From positions 21,514,001 through 21,578,000 of the forward strand of contig NC_047030.1 of NCBI RefSeq assembly GCF_902652985.1: a stretch of DNA of 64,000 bases, read 5' to 3'. Below the pieces are notes generated by a model, which was given only the letters and a program-made list of their open reading frames with translations, was not told where the DNA came from and ran no database searches. Source of the stretch: Pecten maximus. Its lineage: Eukaryota. Positions 1 through 12,500 of the stretch are shown one piece after another. Made by a program: the position numbers and the translations under genes. Positions within the stretch are counted from its first letter, which is position 1, and every line of letters starts with the position of its first letter.

Positions 1-372
1 ACACTGATAGGTGTTATAAGTGTCGTCTGCTGGTCACATCACACTGATAGGTGTTATAAGTGTCGTCTGCTGGTCACATCACACTGATAGGCGTGTTAAA
101 AGTGTCGTCTGCAGGTCACATCACACGGATATGCGTGTTATAAGTGTCGTCTGCTTGTCACATCACAGTGATAGGCATGTAATAACTGTCGTCTGCTTGT
201 CACATCAAACTGATAAGCGTTTTACAAGTGTCGTCTCCTTGTCACATCACAGTGATAGCCTTGTTATATTTGTCGTCTGCTGGTCACATCTCAGTGATAG
301 GTGGTATAACTGGCGTCTGCAGGTCACATCACACTGATAGGCGCGTTATAAGTGTCGTTTGCTAGCCACACA
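1..372. repeat. ~40-42 bp minisatellite (acactgataggtgttataagtgtcgtctgctggtcacatc), runs off the window start
   Basis: About 9 visible tandem units; explains ORF 20..337. Confidence 0.95.
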
Positions 373-374
373 CA

Positions 375-1030
375 GTGATTTCACTTAGTCGTTTGTGTGA
401 TTCCACGTAGTCATCTAAGTGATTTCACTTAGTCGTTTTAGTGATACATCACTAAGTTGTTTAAATGATTTCACTTGGTCGTTTGAGTGATTTCACTTAG
501 TCGTGTGTGTTATTTCACTTAGACGTTTGATTCGTTTCACTTAGTCGTTTGTGTGCTTTTTCTTACATGTTGAAGTGCACGTGATTTCACTTAGTCGTGT
601 GAGTGATTTCACTTAGTCGTGTCAGTTATTTTACATAGACGCTTGAGTGATTTCACTTATTCGTTTGAGTGATTTCACTTAGTCGTATGAGTGATTTCAC
701 TTAGTCGTTTTGATGATTTCACTTAGTCGTTTGTGTGCTTTTTCTTACATGTTGAAGTGCACGTGATTTCACTTAGTCGTGTGAGTGATTTCACTTAGTC
801 GTGTCAGTTATTTTACATAGACGCTTGAGTGATTTCACTTATTCGTTTGAGTGATTTCACTTAGTCGTATGAGTGATTTCACTTAGTCGTTTTGATGATT
901 TCACTTAGTCGTTTAAGTGATAATACTTAGTCGTTTGACTGATTTCACTTATTCGTGTGAGTTATTTCACTTAGTCGTTTGAGGGATTTCACTTAGTCAT
1001 ATGAGTGATAACATTTAGTCACATGAGTGA
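375..1030. repeat. ~22 bp minisatellite (gtgatttcacttagtcgtttga)
   Basis: Many tandem copies, including an internal duplicated block of ~180 bp. Confidence 0.95.
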
Positions 1031-1419
1031 GAAATGTGAGAATGAGAAACCGGACCATGTAGTCAGGAAGATGACCCCATACCTTTTCACACATAGATGA
1101 AAGGCAAGTGCGTTACCACTTTGCTACCAAACCACTCGTAATACTTTTTATTTGTATGCGTTTTACACAATGTAATGTATTGTATTACATCTTCTTCATG
1201 TTAAACCATTAAATTACATTAAAGCTCAATTGAAATGGAATATTAATTGAATTGGTATTTTTCTTTATTATATAAAATGAAGACTTTAGAGATTGCATTG
1301 TGATAATATCAGAAAAAGAATTTTAAAGTTTGATATGAGGTCAATGGAACATATTTAGACCCCCTTGACTTAAACTTCCCTTAAGCAACATTTAGTATGG
1401 AATGTTGCATTAACTTACA

Positions 1420-1600
1420 TCAGTCACCATTTGTGGCCCGAATAGAAGCGCGTGAGGGTTCTTACTGTGGGAGGAACCCGGAGGAAACCGTCGTAGTCGG
1501 ACAGGTGACCCCATGCGTTTTCACGTCCGATCGGAGAATCGAACCCAGGTCCCGGTGCCTAGGTGAAAGACAAGGGTGCTAACACTTTGCCACCCGACCA
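1420..1600 (-). mobile_element. tRNA-derived SINE with V-domain-like core
   Basis: Minus strand has an A-box-like TGGCAAAGTGTTAG, a B-box-like GGTTCGATTCT and ggtttcctccgggttcctcccaca. Decayed relatives lie at ~1040-1135 and ~63815-63915. Confidence 0.75.
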
Positions 1601-2299
1601 AGATTAAAATGAATTATATGCAATATGTTCAATGTTTACTTTATTCAATTAGCTCTTGTAACACACAACTTAAAACTTGTCGGAGTGATGAATCAAATCT
1701 GAAGATCTGAATTATACAATTAACTCAACGGAGATAAACTTTCAAAACAAAAGTTTATTTCAAATTGCAGAGTAATATACGAGATAGAATAGGACCATAA
1801 CCACAATGCTATAAACAGCTACATACGTTACTCATTAACTACTTACTAAAACCATATTTTAAAATGTTGTTACCAATTTTCCAGAATCATCAGTTGTGAA
1901 ATCAGACTTACTATCAAAATATCAAAATGAATCAATATCACTTCGTTGAAACAAAACATATTGGACAGCAATTCCAATGACAGTGATAAATACAGTTATT
2001 TTACAAATACGAATGCATCATATTACACGACCCCTTTGTATGTCTAAAGGGGAGCTAACTCCGCCTCCGTCTTGTAACAACTTGTATTAATTTTGTACTG
2101 TGATACGCTATATGAAATAATTTTACATTTTCTGTAACATGTAATTTGTTTTTAGAATTCTCAGTCAAGCGTGAAATCCGCTAGAACATCAGTTGTTAAA
2201 CACTTATATACTTTATATTAAATGTATTTTATATATCTTTGACATTATCTACAAGTGTTCTGCTTAAATAGTAAATAATTACAATTAGCCAATGAGCCG

Positions 2300-2850
2300 G
2301 ACTATGGTAGGCGGTACTATCGTTATGGCTGTGGTATGTGGTACTGTAGTTAAGGCTGTGGTAGGCAGTACTGTCCTATATAGCTGTGGTAGGCAGTACT
2401 GTAGTTATGGCTGTGGTAGGCGGTACTGTCCTATATAGCTGTGGTAGGCGGTACTGTCCTTATATAGCTGTGGTAGGCGGTGGTGTAGTTATGGCTGTGG
2501 TAGGCGGTACTGTCCTATTTAGCTGTGGTAGGCGGTACTGTCCTTATATAGCTGTGGTAGGCGGTACTGTCCGATTTAGCTGTGGTAGGCAGTGCTGTAG
2601 TTATGGCTGTGGTAGGCGGTACTGTCCTTATATAGCTGTGGTAGGCGGTGGTGTAGTTATGGCTGTGGTAGGCGGTACTGTCCTATTTAGCTGTGGTAGG
2701 CAGTACTGTAGTTATGGCTGTGGTAGGCGGTACTGTCCTTATATAGCTGTGGTAGGCGGAACTGTCCTATTTAGCTGTGGTAGGCGGTACTGTCCTTATA
2801 TAGCTGTGGTATATAGTTGTATATAGTTATGGCTGTGGTAGGCGGTAATG
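2300..2850. repeat. 27-29 bp minisatellite (gctgtggtaggcggtactgtcc...) just downstream of the isomerase-like stop codon
   Basis: About 19 tandem units; explains ORF 2386..2826. Confidence 0.95.
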
Positions 2851-2888
2851 TAAATTGTTCTGTAGTCGACGACATTGTCGTTCTAGCG

Positions 2889-5800
2889 TTATGGCTGCGG
2901 TAGTTCGTACTGTCGGAACATGAGATTGTTGTACTCTATCACAGACTTAACAGATTCGAAATACACAGAGGAGCCCGCATACCACATTCCATATTTTCCT
3001 TGCATTTCGAAAATGTCCCATGTTATTCCAGATGCTATGTCGGCGACGGAGAACTGTGGAAAGTAGTCCCATACAAAAACTCGGAGAAGGTTAAGTACTT
3101 CTGCTCCTTCTCGTTGTTCAATGTGTTCTCGTAACTCGTTCTCTAGCTCGTCTTTGTCGGGATTTTCTCGGGTGAATTGATAATACACAGATGTTTGGTC
3201 GAATCTTCCATCAGCTCCGGGATACAGATTATCAGTGTAGTTCGCTCCAGTATTGTACTGGAGGCTGTTAAATGAGTCTCTTTTAACCCAAACACTCCCG
3301 TCAACCTTCGAATTTATGTTATCGGCGAAGTAGCTTTCTGGAGTAAGACCTCTCTCCGTTCCGTTTATTTCTTTGGTATCTACCAATGAGGTTGTATAAT
3401 AGTAACGGTTCATTTTCTTAAACCTACTCTTCTCCTCCTTATTAAAGTCAATGATGTCTAAATCCGACATCAGTTTCATCTCTGTTGTTAATACCACGAA
3501 GTCAAAAGGTTCCTTCTTTCTTCGCTGAGTTGGACCATCAACATATTCTATCTGAAACGCAGGTCGGTCCTTCCGTCCCTTCCGTCCCCCACCCGCCATC
3601 TTGCGTCGGTTTATCCTCATTACCGGGCTAGAAAGTCGTACGTTAAGACACTCCTGTTCTACTATTGCTTCCCATAGCGCCTGATATCCTTGACTTAGTA
3701 CCTTGATGGTCGAGATTTCGCCCGATGGCGGATTTAGAGCCTGAAAAATAAAGCTGGGAGTATTCCATGTTAAACCATACAAAGCCGGGATTTCGTCTAG
3801 GTGACCATATCCTTGTGTTGTCTGAGTCAGTAAGAAATAATTTTGTAGAATTTCGATATCATGCTCCTTCAAAAATTCTAAAAATGTCATGTTCAGCTCA
3901 TTTTCGAGTATGTCATTTGATGGACGTGGCATCAGTTCACCCTCGTATGCTCCGAACAGTTGAATATGTACTTGCATGTACTTCTGTATCGCGTTGAAGA
4001 ATGTTGTAACGATCTCACCCTGAGTGGCATTAGGCAGCAAGCTTTGGGCTGCAGGGAGGACTGAAAACATTAACGATGACAGCCTATCTGCAATGAAAAA
4101 AAAAATTTGAAGAAAGTTATCAAAACAGTTCTCTTTCCCATCTAATCTCTCTTTCCCGTCAAATCTCCTTCTTAACCGTTTTATATCTTTCCCGTCGTCT
4201 AATCTCTATCTTTCTCGTCTAGTTTCCCGCTTTCCCATCTAATCTCTCTCTTTCCCGTCTAATCTCTCTTCTCTCTGATTTCTATATTTCCCGTTGTCCA
4301 ATCTCCCCGCCTTATCTATATCTCTCTTTCCCGTTTAATGTCTTTCCCCCTTCCCCGCCTTATCTATCTCTTTCCCATCTAATCTCTCTCTTTCCCATCT
4401 AATTTATCTCTTTCCCATCTAATCTCTCTCTTTCCCGTTTAATCTATTTCTTCCTTCCCCGCCTTATCTATCTCTTTCCCATCTAATCTCTATCTTTCCC
4501 ATCTAATTTATCTCTTTCCAATCTCATCTATCTCTTTCCCATCTAATCTCTATCTTTCCCGTTTAATCTATTTCTTCCCCGCCTTATCTATCTCTTTCCC
4601 GTCTAATCTCAATCTCTCTGATTTTTATCTTTACTGTCGTCTAATCTTTTTCTTTTCCGCCTAATTTTTCTCTTTCACATCTAATCTCTCTTTCCCGTCT
4701 AATCTATCTCCTTCCCACCTTGTCTATCTCCTTCCCACCTTGTCTATCTCTTTTCCGTCTAATCTCTCTTCTCTAATTTCTATCTTTCCCGTCGTCTAAT
4801 CTTTTTCTTTCCCGTCTGTGTTTTCTCTTTCCCGTTTAATCTCTCTCTCTCTTTCCATCTAATCTATCTCTTTCTCATCTTATCTCTCTCTTTTTCGTCG
4901 AATCTCTCTCGTTCCCGCCTTGTCTATCTCTTTCCCATCTAATCTATCCCTTTCCCATGTAATCTCTCTTTCCCATCTTATCTTTCCCGTCTAATCTCTC
5001 TCTTTCCCATTATATATATATATATCTCCCCCGTCTAATCTATCTCTTTCTCATCTTATCTCTCTCTTTTTCGTCGAATCTCTCTCGTTCCCGCCTTGTC
5101 TATCTCTTTCCCATCTAATCTATCCCTTTCCCATGTAATCTCTCTTTCCCATCTTATCTTTCCCGTCTAATCTCTCTCTTTCCCATTATATATATATATA
5201 TCTCCCCCGTCTAATCTATCTTTTTCTCATCTTATCTCTCTCTTTCCCGCCTAATTTCTTCCTACTTTTATTTCTNNNNNNNNNNNNNNNNNNNNNNNNN
5301 NNNNNNNNNNNNNNNNNNNNNNNNNNNNNNNNNNNNNNNNNNNNNNNNNNNNNNNNNNNNNNNNNNNNNNNNNNNNNNNNNNNNNNNNNNNNNNNNNNNN
5401 NNNCTGATTTCTATTTTCCCGTCGTCTAATCTCTCTCATTCCCGACTAATCTCACTCTTCTCTAATTTCTATTTTTACCGTCGTCTAATCTTTTTCTTTC
5501 TCGTCTGTGTTTTCTCTTTCCCGTCTAATCTCTCTCTTTCCCGCCGAATCTCTCTCTTTCCCATCTAATCTATCTCTTTCCCATTATATATATATATATC
5601 TCCTCCGTCTAATCTATCTCTTTCTCATCTTATCTCTCTCTTTCTCGTCGAATCTCTCTCGTTCCCGCCTTGTCTATCCCTATCCCTTCTAATCTATCCC
5701 TTTCCCATCTAATCCCTCTTTCCCATCTTATCTTTCTCTTTTCCATCTAATTTCTCCCTTTCCCATCATATCTCTCCCTCCCCGTCTAATCTCTCTCTCT

Positions 5801-5896
5801 CTTTCCCGCCTTATCTATCTCTTTCCCATCTAATCTCTCTCTTTCCCATCTAATCTCTCTCTTTCCCGCCTAATTTCTTTCTACCTTTATTTCGTC

Positions 5897-5979
<83 letters not shown>

Positions 5980-6519
5980 GTCTAATCTCTCTCTACTCTG
6001 ATTTCTATTTTCCCGTCGTCTAATCTCTCTCATTCCCGACTAATCTCACTCTTCTCTAATTTCTATCTTTACCGTCGTCTAATCTTTTTCTTTCTCGTCT
6101 GTGTTTTCTCTTTTCCGTCTAATATCTCTCTTTCCCGCCGAATCTCTCTTTCCCATCTAATCTATCTCTTTCCCATCATACATATCTCTCTCTCCCCCGT
6201 CTAATCTCTCTCTTTCCCGCCTTATCTATCTCTTTCCCATCTTATCTTTCTCTTTCCCGTCTAACCTCTCTCTACTCTGATTTTTATTTTTCCTGTCGTC
6301 TAATCTTTTTCTTTCCGTCTAATCTCTCACTTTCCCATCTAATCTCTCTCTTTCCCGTCTAAACCCTCTCTTTCCCGTCTGATCTTTCTCTTCCCCGTGG
6401 AATCAGTTTCTTCCCAGCATAATCTCTTTCCCATTTGATTTCTCTATCTTTCTCGTCTAATCTCTCTCTTCTCTAATCTCTCTCTTTCCCGCCTAATTTC
6501 TTTCTACCTTTATTTCGTC

Positions 6520-6594
<75 letters not shown>

Positions 6595-9500
6595 AATCTC
6601 TCTCTACTCTGATTTCTATTTTCCCGTCGTCTAATCTCTCTCATTCCCGACTAATCTCACTCTTCTCTAATTTCTATCTTTACCGTCGTCTAATCTTTTT
6701 CTTTCTCGTCTGTGTTTTCTCTTTCCCGTCTAATCTATCTCTTTCCCATCATACATATCTCTCTCTCCCCCGTCTAATCTCTCTCTTTCCCGCCTTATCT
6801 ATCTCTTTCCCATCTAATCTTTCTCTTTCTCGTCTAATCTCTCTCTTCTCTAATTTCTATCTTTCCCGTCTGATCTTGAACTTTCTCGTCTTATCTCGCT
6901 CTTTCCCGTCTAATTTCTCTCTTTCCCGTCTAATTTCTCTCTTTCCCGTCTCATCTATATATTTCCCGTCTTATCTGTATCTTCCCGTCTTATATTTTTC
7001 TATACCGTTTATCTTTTTCTTTCCTACTTCGTCTAACTCTATCCAATCTAATATTTGCCTATAATGCCTTATCTTTATATTTCGCCTAATCTCTATATAT
7101 CCCGTCTTATCTTTATACACCCAATCTACTTACTATAAATCCCGCCCAATTTTTATATATCCCGCCTTATCTCTAAATATCATGTCTAATCTTTATATAT
7201 CCCGCCTAATTTCTAGATATCCCCCTATTCTCTATATATCCCACCTAATCTCTATATATCCCGCGTAACCTTCATATCTCTTACCCCTTGGGTCGAAATT
7301 CCCCTGTGTCACTTTCATGGTGGTGAAGGATTATTCTTTCGCCCTCGGCGAATTAATTATCGGCCGAGGGGGATCGTTTTTACAACATTACGATATTTAT
7401 TGTTGTTTATACCTACTATATTTGTGTAACTGTTCCATGTTCTATGTCTATATGTGATCGTATGTAATTTACCTGTGTCTTGATAAAGGGGCAGATTGCC
7501 TCGAAAATTCGACAATTTACTTGTCTGTACTGTCGTTATTACTACTTGACATATATATATATTTTTGTCTAGGTATCCCACCTAATCTATATATATCCCA
7601 TCTAATCTTTTTATATCCCACCTTATCTTTATACAATATATATACCGTCTAGCCTTTACCAATCTATTCTTATATATTCTGCTTGATCTTTATGTATCCC
7701 GCGTAATCTTTACATATTCCGCTTAATCTTTATATATCCCGACTTATCTTTATATATCTCGCGTTACCTTTATATATTCCGACTAATCTGTATATACCCG
7801 GCGTAACCTTTGTATACCCCGACTAATATTTATATACCCCGCGTAACCTTTGTATATCCCGACTAATCTGTATATACCCGGCGTAACCTTTGTATATCCC
7901 GACTAATATTTATATACCCGGCGTAACCTTTGTATACCCCGACTAATATTTATATACCCGGCGTAACCTTTGTATATCCCGACTAATCCTAATATACCCG
8001 GCGTAACCTTTGTTTATCCCGACTAACCTTTACATATCCCTCGTTACCTTTATATATCCCGCGTTACCTTTATATATATCCCTCGTAACCTTTATATATC
8101 CCGACTAATCTTTATATATCCCTCGTAACCTTTATATACCCCTCGTAACCTTTATATACCCCGCGTAACCTTTATATATCCCGCGTAATCTTTATATATC
8201 CCGCGTTACCTTTATATATATCCCGCGTTACCTTTATATATATCCCGCGTTACCTTTATATATCCCATGTAACCTTTATATATCCCGCGTAACCTTTATA
8301 TATCCCGCGTAACCTTTATATATCCCGACTAATCTTTATATATCCCACGTAACCTTTATATATGTTTCGCTACATTAAACAAAGAAGAATTACAAGACAT
8401 TTTGAAGAAAAAGACTCATTGAACACCTGGAAAAATACTTCAGCAACAAAACAAAAAAACAAAAAAAAACAACAACAAAATTATTCTGGCAATATTTAAA
8501 TGCCAAAGGTCAGTCTGCGTACTTTGAAAAAAAAAATCCCACCTTGACATGATTTTGACAGAGCCGTGGAAATTTTATTCATTTGTTTTAGTTGGCAATA
8601 TTACAAAACAGTTATTATCTTTTGTTTTCGGTGTACAAGAGGCTATAGGGACCTGGAAAAGAGTTTGTTCATCTCGACCTTCGGCCTCGGTGATCAAACT
8701 CTTTTCGTATAGTCTCGTGTACACCTCTACAAAAGGCAATAATTGTATGATATTAACCTCCACATGACCATGTCTTAGCCAATGAGACGAGGAAAATCAG
8801 AGCATATCTTATGTTTGAATACTGTAAACGTACTTATTTTAGCGCAATCAAATTTTAGCGCATTTGCAGATTTCAGCCAGTTAGCGCAATGATGAATTAG
8901 CGCATCCACAGAACTTTCTATAGAAATGGAACGTACAAAAAGTAATTAGCTCAATCATAATTTAGCGCAAGGCTTCCAGCGCGAATCGCGCTAAAATAAA
9001 ATTACCGCTAAAATATGTACGTTTAGAGTATATAACTGTCATTGCCACCTGTTTTGCCTACTTTGTCCTATCCACATTGTCGCTGTAGGCATTGGTAGGA
9101 GTTCCCCTGCATCGTACTTGTCGAGAAGTTGATACACTTCCGTGTAGTCCGCCTGGGTGTAACACGTCCCCATCTCGTGTGGTATATCTCGGTACGTTAA
9201 TGTCTTGGATTTTCCTCCTACTTTATCCTCCTTCTCAAACACTATAACGTTTTGGAAACCTGCCTCCTAAAAATATTAATTATTAAGATCATTTAATTTG
9301 ATATCGAGTTTTAGTACATATTCAAACCTTCAGTTTTAATTCAAAAGCGACTTAAAGGTTATATGTTTTTATCTTACTTCAAAGTTAATGTGGGGACAAA
9401 ATTGATATAAAGATTATACATTTTATTATCAGAAACCGGAATAAAGCACATACCACGTTGCCGACAAGAGAACATTATATTTTGGTAAGGCCTTTCACTG

Positions 9501-12500
9501 TTCGCTGTCGGTCGCCCCAAATCGCTTGTATGTTAATTTCTAAATAATTTGTATACAATATTCCATATTACATGTACATTAGAGAGATCATTGTACAGCC
9601 AAGTTACTCAACAATGTGAACACTTGCGTTATGTACTCGATGCCCCGAAACATCAATAAACTGGCTGACATACCTATGTACAAATAGGATCGCCTACTTT
9701 GAATATTCCAGGAAAAGGTCAACGCGATAGGTCATTATTGTCGGACTATATGCAACAATGATTGAAAGGCAATATTGAGTAAGTAGAGTTTGGTATCTAT
9801 AACTACAATGAAAATGATATAAATGACAGCTGAGACAATATATAGTGTTTCTATCAAAGATTAACGATACAAACATGATTTAAATACCGAGAAATGTCAA
9901 ACAGTTGCACCATTGGTATCAATTCGATTGAAATTCTTTTGAATGAATTCTTTAAGGAATGGGATATTGAAATAACGAACCATTTTTTTTCTCCGGTGTA
10001 TAGATATTTCAAAGTTGAAACAAAAACGGTGTTGAAAGTATATAGTCAAGAACAACCTTGACGCTTATTTTGTGAAATTGAATTCCCATGATTAAAACAG
10101 GCTCAGCGGATTAATAAATAACAAGCATGACGCCCCCCTCGTCTCTTTGTGACGTTACGAAACGTAAACGAGACGGCGCCATTTTGAAAGGTTGATCAAC
10201 GCAATTCTAGCGTTTTCTTCTGTTATCTGATGGTCTCCGTACAATTGTTTATCAATTAATTAAATAACGTAAAAGATATTAAACAAAAAAATGTTGAGTT
10301 TTTTCTTTTAATTTTGTTAACTATACTGTTGTGTTTAATTTGATTTACTGGGGCTATATTATCTTAACAGCTGCCGTAGTTACCAACGTCGCACATCTCG
10401 ACTTTTATTTTTTGCCTTCGGTATTTCAACGATTTGTTTGATATAAATATATGCATTGAACGGTGTTTTTATTGCGTTTACGCTGGTATGAACGAAATAG
10501 GATACATATTTATTCTATATATAGCGCTAACGCACAGAGACTCATACAATAACAAAAACACTATAATCCTTAAATAATCCCTATCAAAACAAACTACAAT
10601 CCATAGAAATGAAAAACTAAAAACAAGCTTTTATAGGTACACCCACTCAGATATCCCCGTGATAACGCCAACATTGAACACCTACACACGAGGCTGTTGA
10701 TGCATAATTGGTAAATAAAACGTCCGGGTTATATTGGTCGGTTAACTTCGATAGGCTTCAAGGAAGACGACGTGGTATAGCCTTTAAGATGAAAAGTTAT
10801 ATACAGGCGACGGGTGGTTGAAATGTTTGTGAAATACTAAAATATTAATATGTTTACTAACGTACATACATGTCCCTTTCATCGCGTTTTCATTAACATC
10901 AATTTAAGATTTCGTGACTGTTTTTATTGATAATATCACGTACTCCTGCCGTTATGTATATTGGGCGTTCTAGTCAAATAGATATCACTAAGTTTAATTT
11001 ACTTTTTTACAAAGTTATTCAAAGTTCATGACATTTGTATGGTTCATTGGTTTAGGCTATGACGATACTACATCAAACTCATCACAAATATCACCCACTT
11101 AACACTATATCCCATATTTACAAAGTTGTTTATTTCGTGTTTCCCCTTTTTACTTACGTCGGTTATGTTTGACCTTCTGCTTTATAAAAGTCTATAGGTT
11201 ACATCCCCACTCAATCACAGAGGTCTACTTTCCCCTTTACATTACGTTTTTATTTCGTGCTTTCCTATCTTTACAAATTTGTTTATTTCTCACCTTCCCA
11301 CGTGTAATCATACAAAGTTGCTTATGGGTTTTTAATGATACAAATTTGTATACATGTCCCAGTCATAAACAGTTGTTTATACTTCCCAGTCATACAGAGT
11401 TGTTTATTTTTTTACCTAGGTACGACATGGTACATTTGTTACACATTCCGACAGGAATATTTACATCTACTCAACTACACCAAATGGATATAAATAATTA
11501 CACTTATAAAAGTAGGATATACACTTATAAAAGTAGGATATACTGGTGGATCAAATCAATGATCATATCAATATATAGCTCCTCTGAAATGAAGAAAATT
11601 AATGTTCTACGAAGATTAGATTTTCGTTAAGTCGAAATAGTCTTTAAAAAAAAAAAATCAATCATTGATCCAGAATATGCGTATGAATTATGGGATGGTT
11701 CATCAATTTAAATCTGGAAAGTTAGAAAGAGCCCAAAGTGAAGCCACTCGTAGTATAACCGGCTTTCCTTCTTATGCAAGTATCGGACATTGTGATTTTA
11801 AACAGGGTTGGATACTTCGTTTATTCGTCTAAACAGAGAAAGCTCAAACTTTTATATAAAATATACAACCGATATTTCTACCACAATACGCCGTGTTATT
11901 CAACTCTCAGACCATCAGTTAACCATTACAGCTGTTGATTAACAATCTGTTTATACCACACGTGGTATAAACTCTGTACGCATTTCGATTGGCTAACACG
12001 GTGAACTTTGACCCAAGCTGCAATTGTTATTGACGTCATCAATAATCTAATGACGTCACATCACCGGGTCCCGGACGTCACCGGTACACTTTATTTGCAT
12101 ACGCGAAATTATACTTGGCCACGTTTCCCTTTGATTCAAGCCGATATTATTGTGGTAGAAACAGGTCACACGACTCGTGATTGTTGGATATAGAATTTAT
12201 TTCACACTCGTAACTTATTTTTTAAAAGTTGCAAAAAACACTCGCTTTATACGATTCCCTCCAGCCTACTGCAGCATAAAATTACCTTAGACTCTTAGAA
12301 ATGACAATGATTAAAGACTTCCTCCTTTTGGTCTTTCTCTTACAAATCTCTCATTCATACTTTCCAATGTTCGTTGCAGGAACTCATTAGATCTATCAGT
12401 GCGGTCGTTACCCTCCGTAAAATCATTTTAAACTCTCTTGCCTTAAATGTACAGCCATCCCTACCTATTTCTGCCCTGCAGGTAGGGCGTAAGAATTGTA

